The notes beneath the pieces are model-generated. The model had not been told where the DNA came from. It saw only the letters and a list, made by a program, of their open reading frames with translations, and did not search any database. A stretch of DNA of 63,271 nt, the filler included. It is 4 parts of 4 records of this genome, joined end to end, with 100 filler letters (N's around TTAATTAATTAA, not from the genome) between each part and the next. Parts side by side here need not be neighbours in the genome. Positions count along the whole stretch, not along the records: positions 14,512 to 36,353 come from SRR22947727_826; 3 more parts are not named here. One strand, given 5' to 3'. Below, piece by piece: positions 19,359 through 29,086 of this stretch. The position numbers and the translations under genes were made by a program. The first letter of the stretch is position 1; every line of letters starts with the position of its first letter.

Positions 19359-19714
19359 TTTTTGAATTGTTTGTTAGGGAAGCCCCTAAATTTATAATAC
19401 CCATATCAAAAGTAATGATTTTGTAGGAATATACTTTCTTTTTTTAGTTTTAATTTTTATGCTTTGATTTTAATGAAAAACTATATTATAAAATAGCAGC
19501 AGTTATATTTTTTTTTAAAACCCTTATTTTAAGTGTGTTGCGATTTCACATAGTAATCTTTTCTAAAATCTTTTGGTTAAAAAAGAATAGAAAATTTAAA
19601 TAAGATCTAAATCAATCTTCCAAATAATACTGTAATAACTTTTAATAACTTTACCGTTTACAAGGCGGCCAAATTGTTTAATTTTGATCTTTAATTATTT
19701 AAAATTCATTTCAA

Positions 19715-20662
19715 ATGTCTCAAGATATAGAACGCATTAAAACACTTATAGTTGGTTCAGGACCAGCAGGATACACTGCAGCCATTTACGCAGCAAGAGC
19801 AGATTTGAAACCTGTTTTATACACGGGTATGGAGCCAGGTGGACAATTAACAACAACTACAGAAGTAGACAATTTCCCTGGTTACCCTCAGGGTGTAGAT
19901 GGTCCTACTATGATGGTTGAATTACAAGAGCAAGCAGAGCGTTTTGGCACCCAAGTGAGAATCGGAATGATTACAGAAGTTCAATTGAGTAAAGAAGTAG
20001 GGGGTATTCACAAAGCAATGGTAGACGGCAAAACACCTATTGAAGCGGAGACAGTGATTATTTCTACAGGGGCTACAGCCAAGTACTTAAACATACCTAG
20101 TGAGCAAAAACTAAGGGGCGGTGGTGTTTCTGCCTGTGCTGTTTGTGATGGTTTTTTCTATAAAGGTCAAGAAGTGGCTATTGTAGGTGCAGGAGATACC
20201 GCAGCAGAGGAAGCTTCTTATTTAGCCAACATCTGTAGTAAAGTCACCATGTTGGTAAGAAAAGGGGAGATGAGGGCCTCTAAAGCAATGCAACACAGGG
20301 TGAATAGCTTAAAAAATATAGAAGTAAAATACTTTACAGAAGTAGAAGAGGTTCTTGGAGACCAAGTGGTAGAAGGCCTTAGAATGGTTAACAACCAAAC
20401 AGGAGAAAAGGAAGACATTGCTATTACAGGACTCTTTATCGCTATTGGTCACAAGCCAAATACAGACATTTTCAAGGGCCAACTAGACATGGATGAAACG
20501 GGTTATGTACATACCAAAGGCAAGAGTACTAAAACAAATTTACCAGGGGTATTCGCCTGTGGTGACGTTCAAGATAAAGAATACAGACAAGCTATTACTG
20601 CAGCAGGAACAGGTTGTATGGCTGCTTTAGACGCAGAAAGATACTTGGCTACTATTGAATAG
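19715..20662 (+). CDS. trxB: Thioredoxin reductase
   Basis: GSGPAGYTAA, CAVC, GAGDTA, GVFACGD. Confidence 0.97.
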   Translation: MSQDIERIKTLIVGSGPAGYTAAIYAARADLKPVLYTGMEPGGQLTTTTEVDNFPGYPQGVDGPTMMVELQEQAERFGTQVRIGMITEVQLSKEVGGIHKAMVDGKTPIEAETVIISTGATAKYLNIPSEQKLRGGGVSACAVCDGFFYKGQEVAIVGAGDTAAEEASYLANICSKVTMLVRKGEMRASKAMQHRVNSLKNIEVKYFTEVEEVLGDQVVEGLRMVNNQTGEKEDIAITGLFIAIGHKPNTDIFKGQLDMDETGYVHTKGKSTKTNLPGVFACGDVQDKEYRQAITAAGTGCMAALDAERYLATIE

Positions 20663-20697
20663 TGTGGACTGATTATACATTTTAGCAAGTTTTATAC

Positions 20698-21750
20698 TTA
20701 CTTTAAAGTAGGAATAAGGGTATTGAGTGCTTTACAAAGGCCTTCAATATCCTTTTTTTTATGACCAGCACTAATCACAATTCTACTCATCATTGGATCT
20801 CTTTCAGTGGGATATGGAAAGTTTGTCAGTACGAAACCAGCTTCTTTAAGCTCCTTTGATAACTGAGGCGATTGAAATCCAAAAGCAGGGTGTCCTAAAT
20901 GATTGTCAAAAAATTCAGGACTGTCAAGTCCTTTTATAAAACGTTTGGTGTTTTTATGCAATTTAAGGAGTTGTTTTTGATAAATTTCTGGCGCTTCTAA
21001 ATAGGCGAATAGACCTGCTAAAGCAGCAGGACTAGCGCCACCAAATGTAGGACCAGCTATAATGGCAGACGCTCTGTGGTCCTCGCACAGCACTACACCA
21101 CCACTAATCCCCATTCCCTTTCCCAAAGAAGCCGTAACGATTAATTCTTTAGGATTTAACTGCTTTAGTATTCCATAGGATCCTTCTCCTTCTAGACCAC
21201 ATATCCCAAGGGCGTGAGAGTCGTCTACAACCAAAATACAAGCAGAGAGATCGATAGTTTTCAATGGGCTGAATTCGGGATAATGCCGCCCTTTAAAATC
21301 TATACTGTCTAAAAAAATTACGGGTTGTTTTTTTAAAGAAAGCAGCTCTTTTAATTTTTCATCAAGACCCTCGTAATGTGTTTCAGTAGCATTTGGATCT
21401 ATTTTTAATGCACTGTGGGTATCAGGTAAATAGAGGGTAGCATAAGGATCATTTAAAAATTGTTTGGCCACCATTTGACCGGCCAAATAACCAGAAGAAC
21501 TCAGTAGCGCCCCAGGAGCTTTAAACTGTTGGGCCAATACTTTTTCTACTTTTTCAAACAGGGATATTCTAATATTTGACTGACGAGAAGCACCGTGGTG
21601 TGCACCGTATTTGAGAACCCCTTTTAGCAGCCAACGTTTAAACCTATAATGGGTTTGAAGGCTTAAGTAGCCTGTTCCACCAAAATATAAATAAGATTTT
21701 TTATCAAAAGATAAATAGGGTCCAATAGCCTTGTTAAAATACCGTATCAT
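20698..21750 (-). CDS. PLP-dependent class II aminotransferase (BioF-like)
   Basis: SSGYLAG, VDDSHALG, SLGKG. Confidence 0.8.
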   Translation of the reverse strand: MIRYFNKAIGPYLSFDKKSYLYFGGTGYLSLQTHYRFKRWLLKGVLKYGAHHGASRQSNIRISLFEKVEKVLAQQFKAPGALLSSSGYLAGQMVAKQFLNDPYATLYLPDTHSALKIDPNATETHYEGLDEKLKELLSLKKQPVIFLDSIDFKGRHYPEFSPLKTIDLSACILVVDDSHALGICGLEGEGSYGILKQLNPKELIVTASLGKGMGISGGVVLCEDHRASAIIAGPTFGGASPAALAGLFAYLEAPEIYQKQLLKLHKNTKRFIKGLDSPEFFDNHLGHPAFGFQSPQLSKELKEAGFVLTNFPYPTERDPMMSRIVISAGHKKKDIEGLCKALNTLIPTLK

Positions 21751-22763
21751 AAGTGTAATAATTCTACCCCACTACCTCCTAAATTAGGGTAAGTAAGCGA
21801 AGCATCTTCATTAATTATAATGCCTTTAGCAATGTCTTTTTTGATTAATAGTGCACCATCCATGTCTACATAATCCAATTGGGGGAGTAGCTGGCCTATG
21901 GCCGATATCCCAACGCTAGACTCTGTCATACAGCCTATCATTACTTTTAAGCCCAATGCTTTAGCCTCCTTAATCATGAACAAAGCAGGGGTTATACCAC
22001 CACATTTGGTGAGTTTTATATTTATTCCATGAAAGTGTCCCACACATTTTGCTACATCTTCAGGTACCAAACAACTCTCATCTGCCATAAGCGGTAAGCA
22101 AGAAGTTTCAAATACTTTTTTCATGTCTTCCCACCGGTCAGCAGCCATAGGTTGTTCAATAAATTCAACGCCTAAATCTTTGAGGGTTTGAGCGTTTACA
22201 ATGGTTTCTTCTACCTCCCAAGCACAGTTGGCATCTATTCTAAATACAGCATTGGTTTTAGCCCTTAATGCCTTAACAATCTCAATATCTTGGGAAGTGC
22301 CTAATTTTATTTTGTAAATGGGCCAGGGTTTTTCTTCCAATTTAGCCACCATTTTTTCTATGCTATCAATACCTATGGTATAGTTAGTCTTGGCTAGGTT
22401 CTGGAGGTCTGTATTCCAAATTTTGTAAAGCGGTGTGTTTTTAATTTTTCCAAACAAATCCCAAGCGGCCAAATCTAACGCACATTTTGAGAAGTTAGAA
22501 AGGGATAATGTGCCCAATAGTTCGTAGAATAATTCAGGTGTTTTAAAATCGTGGGCTTCTAATGACACTTTACACAACCCAATTTCTTTGGCCATACTGG
22601 CCGACGTTATTTGGTAATACCCATTGGCAGTAGCTTCTCCATAACCACTATGTCCTTCGTGAGATAAACAAACTATTAAGCTGTCTTGAAAGTCGTGAGA
22701 CTCTCTAGAAATGCTGAAGGTATGTGCCAACTCTAGTTGGTAAGGGATAAGGGTGAGTCGCAT
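21747..22763 (-). CDS. Dipeptide epimerase (L-Ala-D/L-Glu, enolase superfamily)
   Basis: KIK, DAN, EQP, ADES, NIKLTKCGG, GCM, DMD. Confidence 0.9.
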   Translation of the reverse strand: MRLTLIPYQLELAHTFSISRESHDFQDSLIVCLSHEGHSGYGEATANGYYQITSASMAKEIGLCKVSLEAHDFKTPELFYELLGTLSLSNFSKCALDLAAWDLFGKIKNTPLYKIWNTDLQNLAKTNYTIGIDSIEKMVAKLEEKPWPIYKIKLGTSQDIEIVKALRAKTNAVFRIDANCAWEVEETIVNAQTLKDLGVEFIEQPMAADRWEDMKKVFETSCLPLMADESCLVPEDVAKCVGHFHGINIKLTKCGGITPALFMIKEAKALGLKVMIGCMTESSVGISAIGQLLPQLDYVDMDGALLIKKDIAKGIIINEDASLTYPNLGGSGVELLHL

Positions 22764-22816
22764 AATGGGTTTGGTTGTTTAAATAAATATAACCAAACCC
22801 ATCAATAAATTTGTCT

Positions 22817-22876
22817 TTAGAACAAAAAAAGTATGCTGAATAAAAGTGCGATGAAAATTTTAGCTAGCGCTATCAT
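22817..22876 (-). pseudogene. 19-codon signal-peptide-like stub (MIALAKIFIALLFSILFLF)
   Basis: Hydrophobic mini-ORF right after pspC; probable remnant of a deleted lipoprotein gene. Confidence 0.4.
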
Positions 22877-22952
22877 ATCTTTATAGTTATTGATGGTCCG
22901 TTAAAGGTGTGCTATTAAAGAAGATTTATAAAATAATAAATACTGGATTGTA

Positions 22953-24584
22953 TTAATCTATGGATGAATTGCAAGTCATGCACTCCAAAACACCACTATC
23001 GCCCATTCTCCATGTCTCATTAGGCAGGTCTTTTCTGTACATGTCTTGGTCATTTTTATTTCCCCATCCCATAATTTCACTCATGCTAGGATCTATTTTC
23101 ACAATAGTTCCGTTAGGAATGATTAAGCTCATTTCAATTTTTTGATTTCGCATTTTTTGATTGGGTGCACTTATAAAATAGTCCTCAAAATAGAGGGTAT
23201 TTCCCATTTGTCCCATATTGTAGGATAAGGCAGTAGCCCTGTTTTTAGCATCTTCATAAGAATAACCATGGGCACTTTTATACGTCTTTATGGATATATT
23301 ATTTTCAATCGTATTCTTAATATTAACAGAAACCCTTTTTGAGTAGAGTACTTCATTCCCATTTGTGTCGTAACTTATGGTAATTCCATCAAAAAAATTA
23401 TGGTCTAAATATTCAAAATGTTCCGAGCTTTTTGCCATGAGATATAGCGTATCAGGCACTTGGACTCCAATATTATTCGCGTCAAATAAGGATACTTGTT
23501 CTATTTGGTTTCCCCTTACAGAAAATGAATTGGCTTGTTTAATTCCGAAAAAGATTAAGTAGCCTACCGCTACAAACCAAATACTAAATAAACTTACTTT
23601 AGTTATATTCCCCATTTTTTTGAGGTTCTTAGCAACCACAGTAAGTCCTAAATAGAGCAAACCATAAAATGGAATTCCAACGGCTAAAAACAGTAAAATG
23701 GAAAGCACCCAGATGGGTAATTCAGAGGCATTGATCAGTGGAAAAAATTGGATTCCAGATAAATTACTAAGGTCTAAAATGCCCACTGTGAATAGTCCAA
23801 AAAAAAGCCCCAACAAGGTTGCAGAACCAATAAGAATAAGGAGTAAACCAATGAATTTTCCAAAAAGGTTGAAAATAGTACTGATTATTTTCCCCATAGT
23901 AGAAAAAATTATCCCAATAAAATCACCTAATGCTTTTACAAAACTATTTCCACCTTCTTTGACAGCATTTTCTACCCCTTTATAATCTGCGTTTTTAACG
24001 GTATCTGAAACAGAGTCAAATCCTTCTTTAATTTTTTTTTCAATATTACTGAGGTTTGCAGCTTCTCCTTGCATGTCTAATTTTTGAGCAGTAGTAGTTG
24101 CTTCCGGTACAATTGCCCAAAGGATAATATAGGTTATTACAGAAAAGCCACCGCCAAATAAGAATACAATAAAAAGCAGTCTAATCCACAGCGGGTCTAT
24201 GGATAGGTAATGTCCAATACCACTACACACACCGCCCATCAGTTTCTGATCTCCATCTCTGTATAATTTTTTCACACGAGTGCTGGTTTTTGTTTTAGGC
24301 GCTTCATCAAAAATATCTTCGTCTATAGAATAGTCCTCAGGTTGTCCCATTACTTGAATGATTTGTTCTACATCCTGTAATACTATAACTTGTTTTTCAG
24401 GGGTTAATTTTTCAGAAAAAAGCTCTGAAATTCTAGCCTCAACGTCTGCTAATATTTCTTCGTTACCCTGTGTGCCAGTTAAATATTTTTTAACAGCTTC
24501 TAAATATCTTTGTAAAGCTTGGTAAGTATTTTCATCTATATTAAATATGCTATTGGCTAAGTTTATGGTAAGTGTTTTATTCAT
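22953..24584 (-). CDS. PspC-domain membrane protein
   Basis: KKLYRD..KLMGGVCSG PspC domain; several TM helices; follows padR. Confidence 0.92.
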   Translation of the reverse strand: MNKTLTINLANSIFNIDENTYQALQRYLEAVKKYLTGTQGNEEILADVEARISELFSEKLTPEKQVIVLQDVEQIIQVMGQPEDYSIDEDIFDEAPKTKTSTRVKKLYRDGDQKLMGGVCSGIGHYLSIDPLWIRLLFIVFLFGGGFSVITYIILWAIVPEATTTAQKLDMQGEAANLSNIEKKIKEGFDSVSDTVKNADYKGVENAVKEGGNSFVKALGDFIGIIFSTMGKIISTIFNLFGKFIGLLLILIGSATLLGLFFGLFTVGILDLSNLSGIQFFPLINASELPIWVLSILLFLAVGIPFYGLLYLGLTVVAKNLKKMGNITKVSLFSIWFVAVGYLIFFGIKQANSFSVRGNQIEQVSLFDANNIGVQVPDTLYLMAKSSEHFEYLDHNFFDGITISYDTNGNEVLYSKRVSVNIKNTIENNISIKTYKSAHGYSYEDAKNRATALSYNMGQMGNTLYFEDYFISAPNQKMRNQKIEMSLIIPNGTIVKIDPSMSEIMGWGNKNDQDMYRKDLPNETWRMGDSGVLECMTCNSSID

Positions 24585-24590
24585 CGTTTT

Positions 24591-24914
24591 TTATTTTGTA
24601 ACAAGTTGTACGGCGTTTTTAAGGGCATTCCAAGTAGCGTCCAGTTCTTTTAAGAACAACCTACCAGTCTCAGTGAGCGCATAGTATTTTCTGGGAGGTC
24701 CAGCAATAGATTCTTCCCACCTGTAGGCCAATAAACCAGCATTTTTCAATCTGGTGAGTAGGGGGTAAATAGTCCCTTCTACCACAAGAAGTTTGGCGTC
24801 TTTTAAGGATTCTAAAATTTCAGAGGCATACTTATCTTCTCCATTTAATATGGACAGGATACAGTATTCTAGGACCCCTTTTCTCATTTGTGCTTTGGTA
24901 TTTTCAATATTCAT
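24591..24914 (-). CDS. PadR-family regulator
   Basis: QMRKGVLE, EGTIYPLLTRL, GPPRKYY. Confidence 0.95.
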   Translation of the reverse strand: MNIENTKAQMRKGVLEYCILSILNGEDKYASEILESLKDAKLLVVEGTIYPLLTRLKNAGLLAYRWEESIAGPPRKYYALTETGRLFLKELDATWNALKNAVQLVTK

Positions 24915-24974
24915 AAATTGAAATAATTGTGCAGTTTTTCGTGATGAATTCCATCGCTAAGCTACATTACAATG

Positions 24975-25016
24975 CAAATATATATCTATTAAAAGGTATT
25001 ATGCAATACAAAGTAC
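24975..25016 (-). promoter_or_regulatory. padR promoter and probable PadR operator
   Basis: TATATTTG on minus at 24975-24982; imperfect palindrome GTATTATG-CAATA-CAAAGTAC at 24996-25016. Confidence 0.65.
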
Positions 25017-25097
25017 TATAATTTAACATTTAATTAACAAAACCATATGATTCATTACTAGAATTAAATGACGTATTTTTAATGAAATATTTTAAAT

Positions 25098-25550
25098 ATG
25101 GCTACTTCTGTTTCTCAGTTTAATACCTACCTTTTTTTTAAGCTACCCTCTGCTTGGTGGTGTGGCGTTAGACTAAAACGTATTAGTCAGAATAAAGCAG
25201 AAGTAAGCGTTACCCACAGATGGATCAATCAAAATCCATTCAATTCCATGTTCTGGGCTGTACAAGGAATGGCTGCTGAATTGGCCACTGGAGCTATGGT
25301 AATTGATCAAATTAAGCAATCTGGACAAGCCATATCCATGTTAGTAGCGCATAACAAGGCATCTTTCACTAAAAAAGCAACAGGACGAATTGTTTTTAAT
25401 TGTGAAGACGGTCATCTCATTGCTCCAGCCATTCAAAAAACGATTGCTACAGGAGAAGGGGAGACCTTTTGGATGAAAGCAGTTGGGATAAATGACGCTG
25501 GGCTAACGGTAGCAACTTTTGAATTTCAATGGACTATTAGAAAAAAATAA
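25098..25550 (+). CDS. DUF4442 hot-dog fold/thioesterase-like protein
   Basis: KLPSAWWCGVR, NQNPFNSMFWA. Confidence 0.8.
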   Translation: MATSVSQFNTYLFFKLPSAWWCGVRLKRISQNKAEVSVTHRWINQNPFNSMFWAVQGMAAELATGAMVIDQIKQSGQAISMLVAHNKASFTKKATGRIVFNCEDGHLIAPAIQKTIATGEGETFWMKAVGINDAGLTVATFEFQWTIRKK

Positions 25551-25553
25551 AAA

Positions 25554-26354
25554 ATGAATGCACACGAAATAGAATACGAGATTTCTGGAGAGGAAATGCA
25601 ATTTGTAGAAGTAATTTTGGATCCAGGGGAATCTGTTGTAGCTGAGGCTGGGAGTTTTATGATGATGGACCAAGACATTCAAATGGAGACCATCTTTGGA
25701 GACGGCTCTAAACAAAATGAAGGTGTATTGGGCTCTTTATTTTCTGCAGGGAAAAGATTACTGACAGGAGAAAGCCTATTTATGACGGCTTTTTTAAACA
25801 TAGGTCAAGGAAAAAAAGGAGTGAGTTTTGCTTCTCCTTATCCAGGAAAGATTATACCGATAGACCTCTCTGCTTTTGGAGAAAAATTCATATGCCAAAA
25901 AGATGCTTTTTTATGTGCTGCTAAAGGTGTTTCTGTTGGAATTGAGTTTTCCAGAAAGCTTGGAAGAGGATTTTTTGGTGGGGAAGGTTTTATTATGCAA
26001 AAGTTAGAGGGAGATGGTCTCGCTTTTATTCATGCAGGCGGAACTATTGCCAAAAAAGAGCTCAAGGCTGGAGAAATTTTAAAGGTGGACACGGGTTGTT
26101 TGGTAGGATTTACTCAAAATGTACAGTACGACATTAGTTTTGTAGGAGGTATTAAAAACACTTTGTTTGGCGGTGAAGGTTTGTTTTTTGCGTCCCTACA
26201 AGGGCCAGGCACTGTTTATGTACAATCGTTGCCTTTTAGTCGTTTGGCTAGTAGGGTTTGGGCAGCAGCACCAAAAATGGGTGGAAAAGGGAAAGGAGAG
26301 GGTAGTCTGCTTGGTGGTATAGGAGATTTATTGGATGGAGATAATAGGTTTTAA
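25554..26354 (+). CDS. TIGR00266/AIM24-family protein
   Basis: GESLFMT, CQKDAFLC, FGGEGF repeats. Confidence 0.9.
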   Translation: MNAHEIEYEISGEEMQFVEVILDPGESVVAEAGSFMMMDQDIQMETIFGDGSKQNEGVLGSLFSAGKRLLTGESLFMTAFLNIGQGKKGVSFASPYPGKIIPIDLSAFGEKFICQKDAFLCAAKGVSVGIEFSRKLGRGFFGGEGFIMQKLEGDGLAFIHAGGTIAKKELKAGEILKVDTGCLVGFTQNVQYDISFVGGIKNTLFGGEGLFFASLQGPGTVYVQSLPFSRLASRVWAAAPKMGGKGKGEGSLLGGIGDLLDGDNRF

Positions 26355-26393
26355 ACATACAGTTTTGGAACTTATTAAAATGGATTTTTTATA

Positions 26394-27701
26394 TTAATAC
26401 TGATCTCTAATAGCCTCTAATACCATTTCCATTTCCTGCTTAATTTGACTACTTGGCTTGGTGAAATGATTGTTCATATAGCTAAATATTAGTCTTTTAT
26501 TGTTTTTTGTAATCAAAAAACCACTAAGGCAATAAGTGTTTCCAAGGCTACCAGTCTTTGCGTATATGTACGGTTTTTGTGCTCCTTTGAACCAGTTGCT
26601 TAGCGTGCCTTTTTCTCCACCTATAGGAAAGAAATGAAGCAATGTATCCCAAGAATGTTTTAAATACATTTTATGGAGTACCTGCGTTAAAGATAGCGGT
26701 GTAAACAAATTGTACCTAGAGAGTCCAGAACCATCTACCCACCTTGGTTTTTGAGCCAAGTCTTTTAAAACGCCATTTAGTACATACGCTTGAATACTAG
26801 ATGTTTGCATACTGTCTAAGGTAAAAGCAGCTGCGTTTAGTAACAGTTGCTCGGCTAAAAAATTATCACTCACGACCATCATTTGTTTTAATACAGTATC
26901 CCTTGAAATACCGTAGGCTATTTCTGTTTTATCTGTAAATTTTGGAAGGATAAAAACATCTTTTTTCAACAAATTTCCCAGAAGAATAGCCGTTAAACTA
27001 TCCGAAGTTTTAAAGGGTATTTCAAGAGACATCACTTCTTTTTCTGGCAGGTAAAAAAAGTTCTTTTCTGCACGTCTGTAAAAAGGGTTTTCGTTGTTTT
27101 TCTTTGCTACATTTGAATTGAATAGTGCAGGTTCTTGAATGGAGACGCTGTCATTCTTGATCACATTAAAAACATTTCCATAAAGGGGTAAAGCAGCCCG
27201 TTCAGGGGCGTAATAAGCGTCAAAGTCCTCCCAAGCCCATCCTGGTCCATAGGGAAAATCTAATAGTTTGTTGGCCACAATTCCAACGTGTGAGTATTTA
27301 TTCAATTCACTTAGTAAGGTACTGTCTTTAAATAATGGATGAAATGGAGTGGGATTTCCCATTCCAGCAATCAATATAGAGTCTGCCCCTTTTTTCTGAT
27401 ACCTGAATAAAGGCAATTTTTCTGGGAGTAATTCAAGTGCGGTGTAAAGTGTGAAAATTTTTGTATTGCTGGCAGGAGTAAAATATTGGCTACCGTTTAT
27501 ATTGACTATGGTGTCGTTATTTTCAGGGTCTATAACAACCAATCCGCTCATTTGGTTATTAAATTTTTCCTCTTTAAAATGCTTGTATATGTTTTTATTT
27601 CCAACCTTAACAACTCCAGCACATCCCACAAATAATAAGCCAATCAAAGCAATAGTAGTTATTGTATTAATCTTTTTAATGAGGTAATTATAGTGACTCA
27701 T
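26394..27701 (-). CDS. dacB: D-Ala-D-Ala carboxypeptidase/endopeptidase (PBP4, S13); start uncertain
   Basis: PASNTK (SxxK), SDN, DGSGLSRYN, KTG; lipobox FVGC. Confidence 0.88.
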   Translation of the reverse strand: MSHYNYLIKKINTITTIALIGLLFVGCAGVVKVGNKNIYKHFKEEKFNNQMSGLVVIDPENNDTIVNINGSQYFTPASNTKIFTLYTALELLPEKLPLFRYQKKGADSILIAGMGNPTPFHPLFKDSTLLSELNKYSHVGIVANKLLDFPYGPGWAWEDFDAYYAPERAALPLYGNVFNVIKNDSVSIQEPALFNSNVAKKNNENPFYRRAEKNFFYLPEKEVMSLEIPFKTSDSLTAILLGNLLKKDVFILPKFTDKTEIAYGISRDTVLKQMMVVSDNFLAEQLLLNAAAFTLDSMQTSSIQAYVLNGVLKDLAQKPRWVDGSGLSRYNLFTPLSLTQVLHKMYLKHSWDTLLHFFPIGGEKGTLSNWFKGAQKPYIYAKTGSLGNTYCLSGFLITKNNKRLIFSYMNNHFTKPSSQIKQEMEMVLEAIRDQY

Positions 27702-27811
27702 GACTTTGTATATTTTTAACATGAATGTAGTTGTTTTTAACATTTCTTATAAAATATGGAGTGCTTATTTGTACTAAATTTGATTATGTTCAATTTAAAT
27801 ATAATAAACTT

Positions 27812-28021
27812 ATGGCTAGAGCAATGCTAGAGTATACCAAAATGGTGCTTCAAAAAGTGAGTTTCAATATGGGTTTATTTAGAAGAGAATTAAAAAAAGC
27901 TTCAAAAACGCTTTTACCCTATGAAATAGAAGAGTTAATTATTTGGCTCAGAGAGTTTAGTAAAGAAAATCCAAAGGTTAAAACCACTTTAATTTATTTG
28001 GAAAATAAGCGGTCTAGATAA
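27812..28021 (+). CDS. Small conserved Bacteroidetes protein (MARAMLEYTKMVLQKVSF...)
   Basis: Likely start 27812, after a TAAATTTG promoter (27775-27782); followed by a terminator. Confidence 0.75.
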   Translation: MARAMLEYTKMVLQKVSFNMGLFRRELKKASKTLLPYEIEELIIWLREFSKENPKVKTTLIYLENKRSR

Positions 28022-28049
28022 GACTGATTAATGTTTGTTTTATTTGGTT

Positions 28050-28085
28050 AAAAAAAGAGCGGTCATAAAAAACCGCTCTTTTTTT
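28050..28085. terminator. Bidirectional terminator
   Basis: AAAAAAAGAGCGGT-loop-ACCGCTCTTTTTTT. Confidence 0.88.
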
Positions 28086-28112
28086 AAGGTAACAGTGGTC
28101 ATTGTTGGTGAA

Positions 28113-29057
28113 TTATTGTGCCTTATTTATGGGGCTGATAATTTTAACATCTTGAAAAGCTATAGCACCCCGAATAATATTAGAGATGGTTTCTTTGAGT
28201 GCTTCTGTGATTTGAATTTTTAATGCCCTGTTGTGGTATATAAGACTTACTTCTCTTGCTGGGGAAGGAGCCTTAAAATGCTTTAAAGCACTTTTTTTAG
28301 CAGGGTCTAAGGCCAATGAATTTAGATAGGGGAGTAGCGTCATACCCAGTCCTTCATCTGATAAATTTAACAGGGTTTCAAAACTACCACTTTGAATTTG
28401 GAAATGACTAAGGTCTAATTTATTGTTGGCTTGACATAAGTTTAATATTCCATCTCTAAAGCAATGTCCATCTTTTAATAGTAAAATTTCTGAAAGATCA
28501 ATATCTGCTTCAGTGAGTTCTTTTACACTAGAAAGCCTATGACTTTTTGGTACATAACCCACAAATGGTTCATAGTAAAGAGGGCGCTCTTCTAAATCTT
28601 CAATTTCTAGTGGTGTGGCTGCAATTGCTGCATCTATACTCCCTTCTTTAAGACTTTCTATGAGTTGGTCTGTATTTTGTTCTTTTATAATTAAATTGAC
28701 TTCAGGGTACTTTTCAATAAATGATTTCAAGAACATTGGGAGTAGGGTGGGCATAATTGTTGGAATGATTCCTAAGGTGAAAGGACCACCTACATACCCT
28801 TTGTCTTGGGCTACAATATCTTTGATTCTCAATGCCTCATTCACAATATTTTTTGCCTGTGCCACAATTTTTTCTCCAACTGTAGTAATGGTAAGTGGCT
28901 TTTTACTTCTATCGAATAAAATAACATCTAACTCCTCCTCTAATTTCTGAACTTGCATACTCAATGTAGGCTGAGTGACAAAACTTTTTTCTGCAGCTAG
29001 TGTGAAATTTTTATATTCTGCTACAGCTAATACGTATTGGAGTTGGGTAATAGTCAT
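28113..29057 (-). CDS. oxyR: OxyR-type LysR regulator
   Basis: TQPTLSMQ HTH; DGHCFRD...NLC with both redox cysteines. Confidence 0.9.
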   Translation of the reverse strand: MTITQLQYVLAVAEYKNFTLAAEKSFVTQPTLSMQVQKLEEELDVILFDRSKKPLTITTVGEKIVAQAKNIVNEALRIKDIVAQDKGYVGGPFTLGIIPTIMPTLLPMFLKSFIEKYPEVNLIIKEQNTDQLIESLKEGSIDAAIAATPLEIEDLEERPLYYEPFVGYVPKSHRLSSVKELTEADIDLSEILLLKDGHCFRDGILNLCQANNKLDLSHFQIQSGSFETLLNLSDEGLGMTLLPYLNSLALDPAKKSALKHFKAPSPAREVSLIYHNRALKIQITEALKETISNIIRGAIAFQDVKIISPINKAQ

Positions 29058-29086
29058 GATGTGATTTAAACCGTAAAGTTAAAAAA

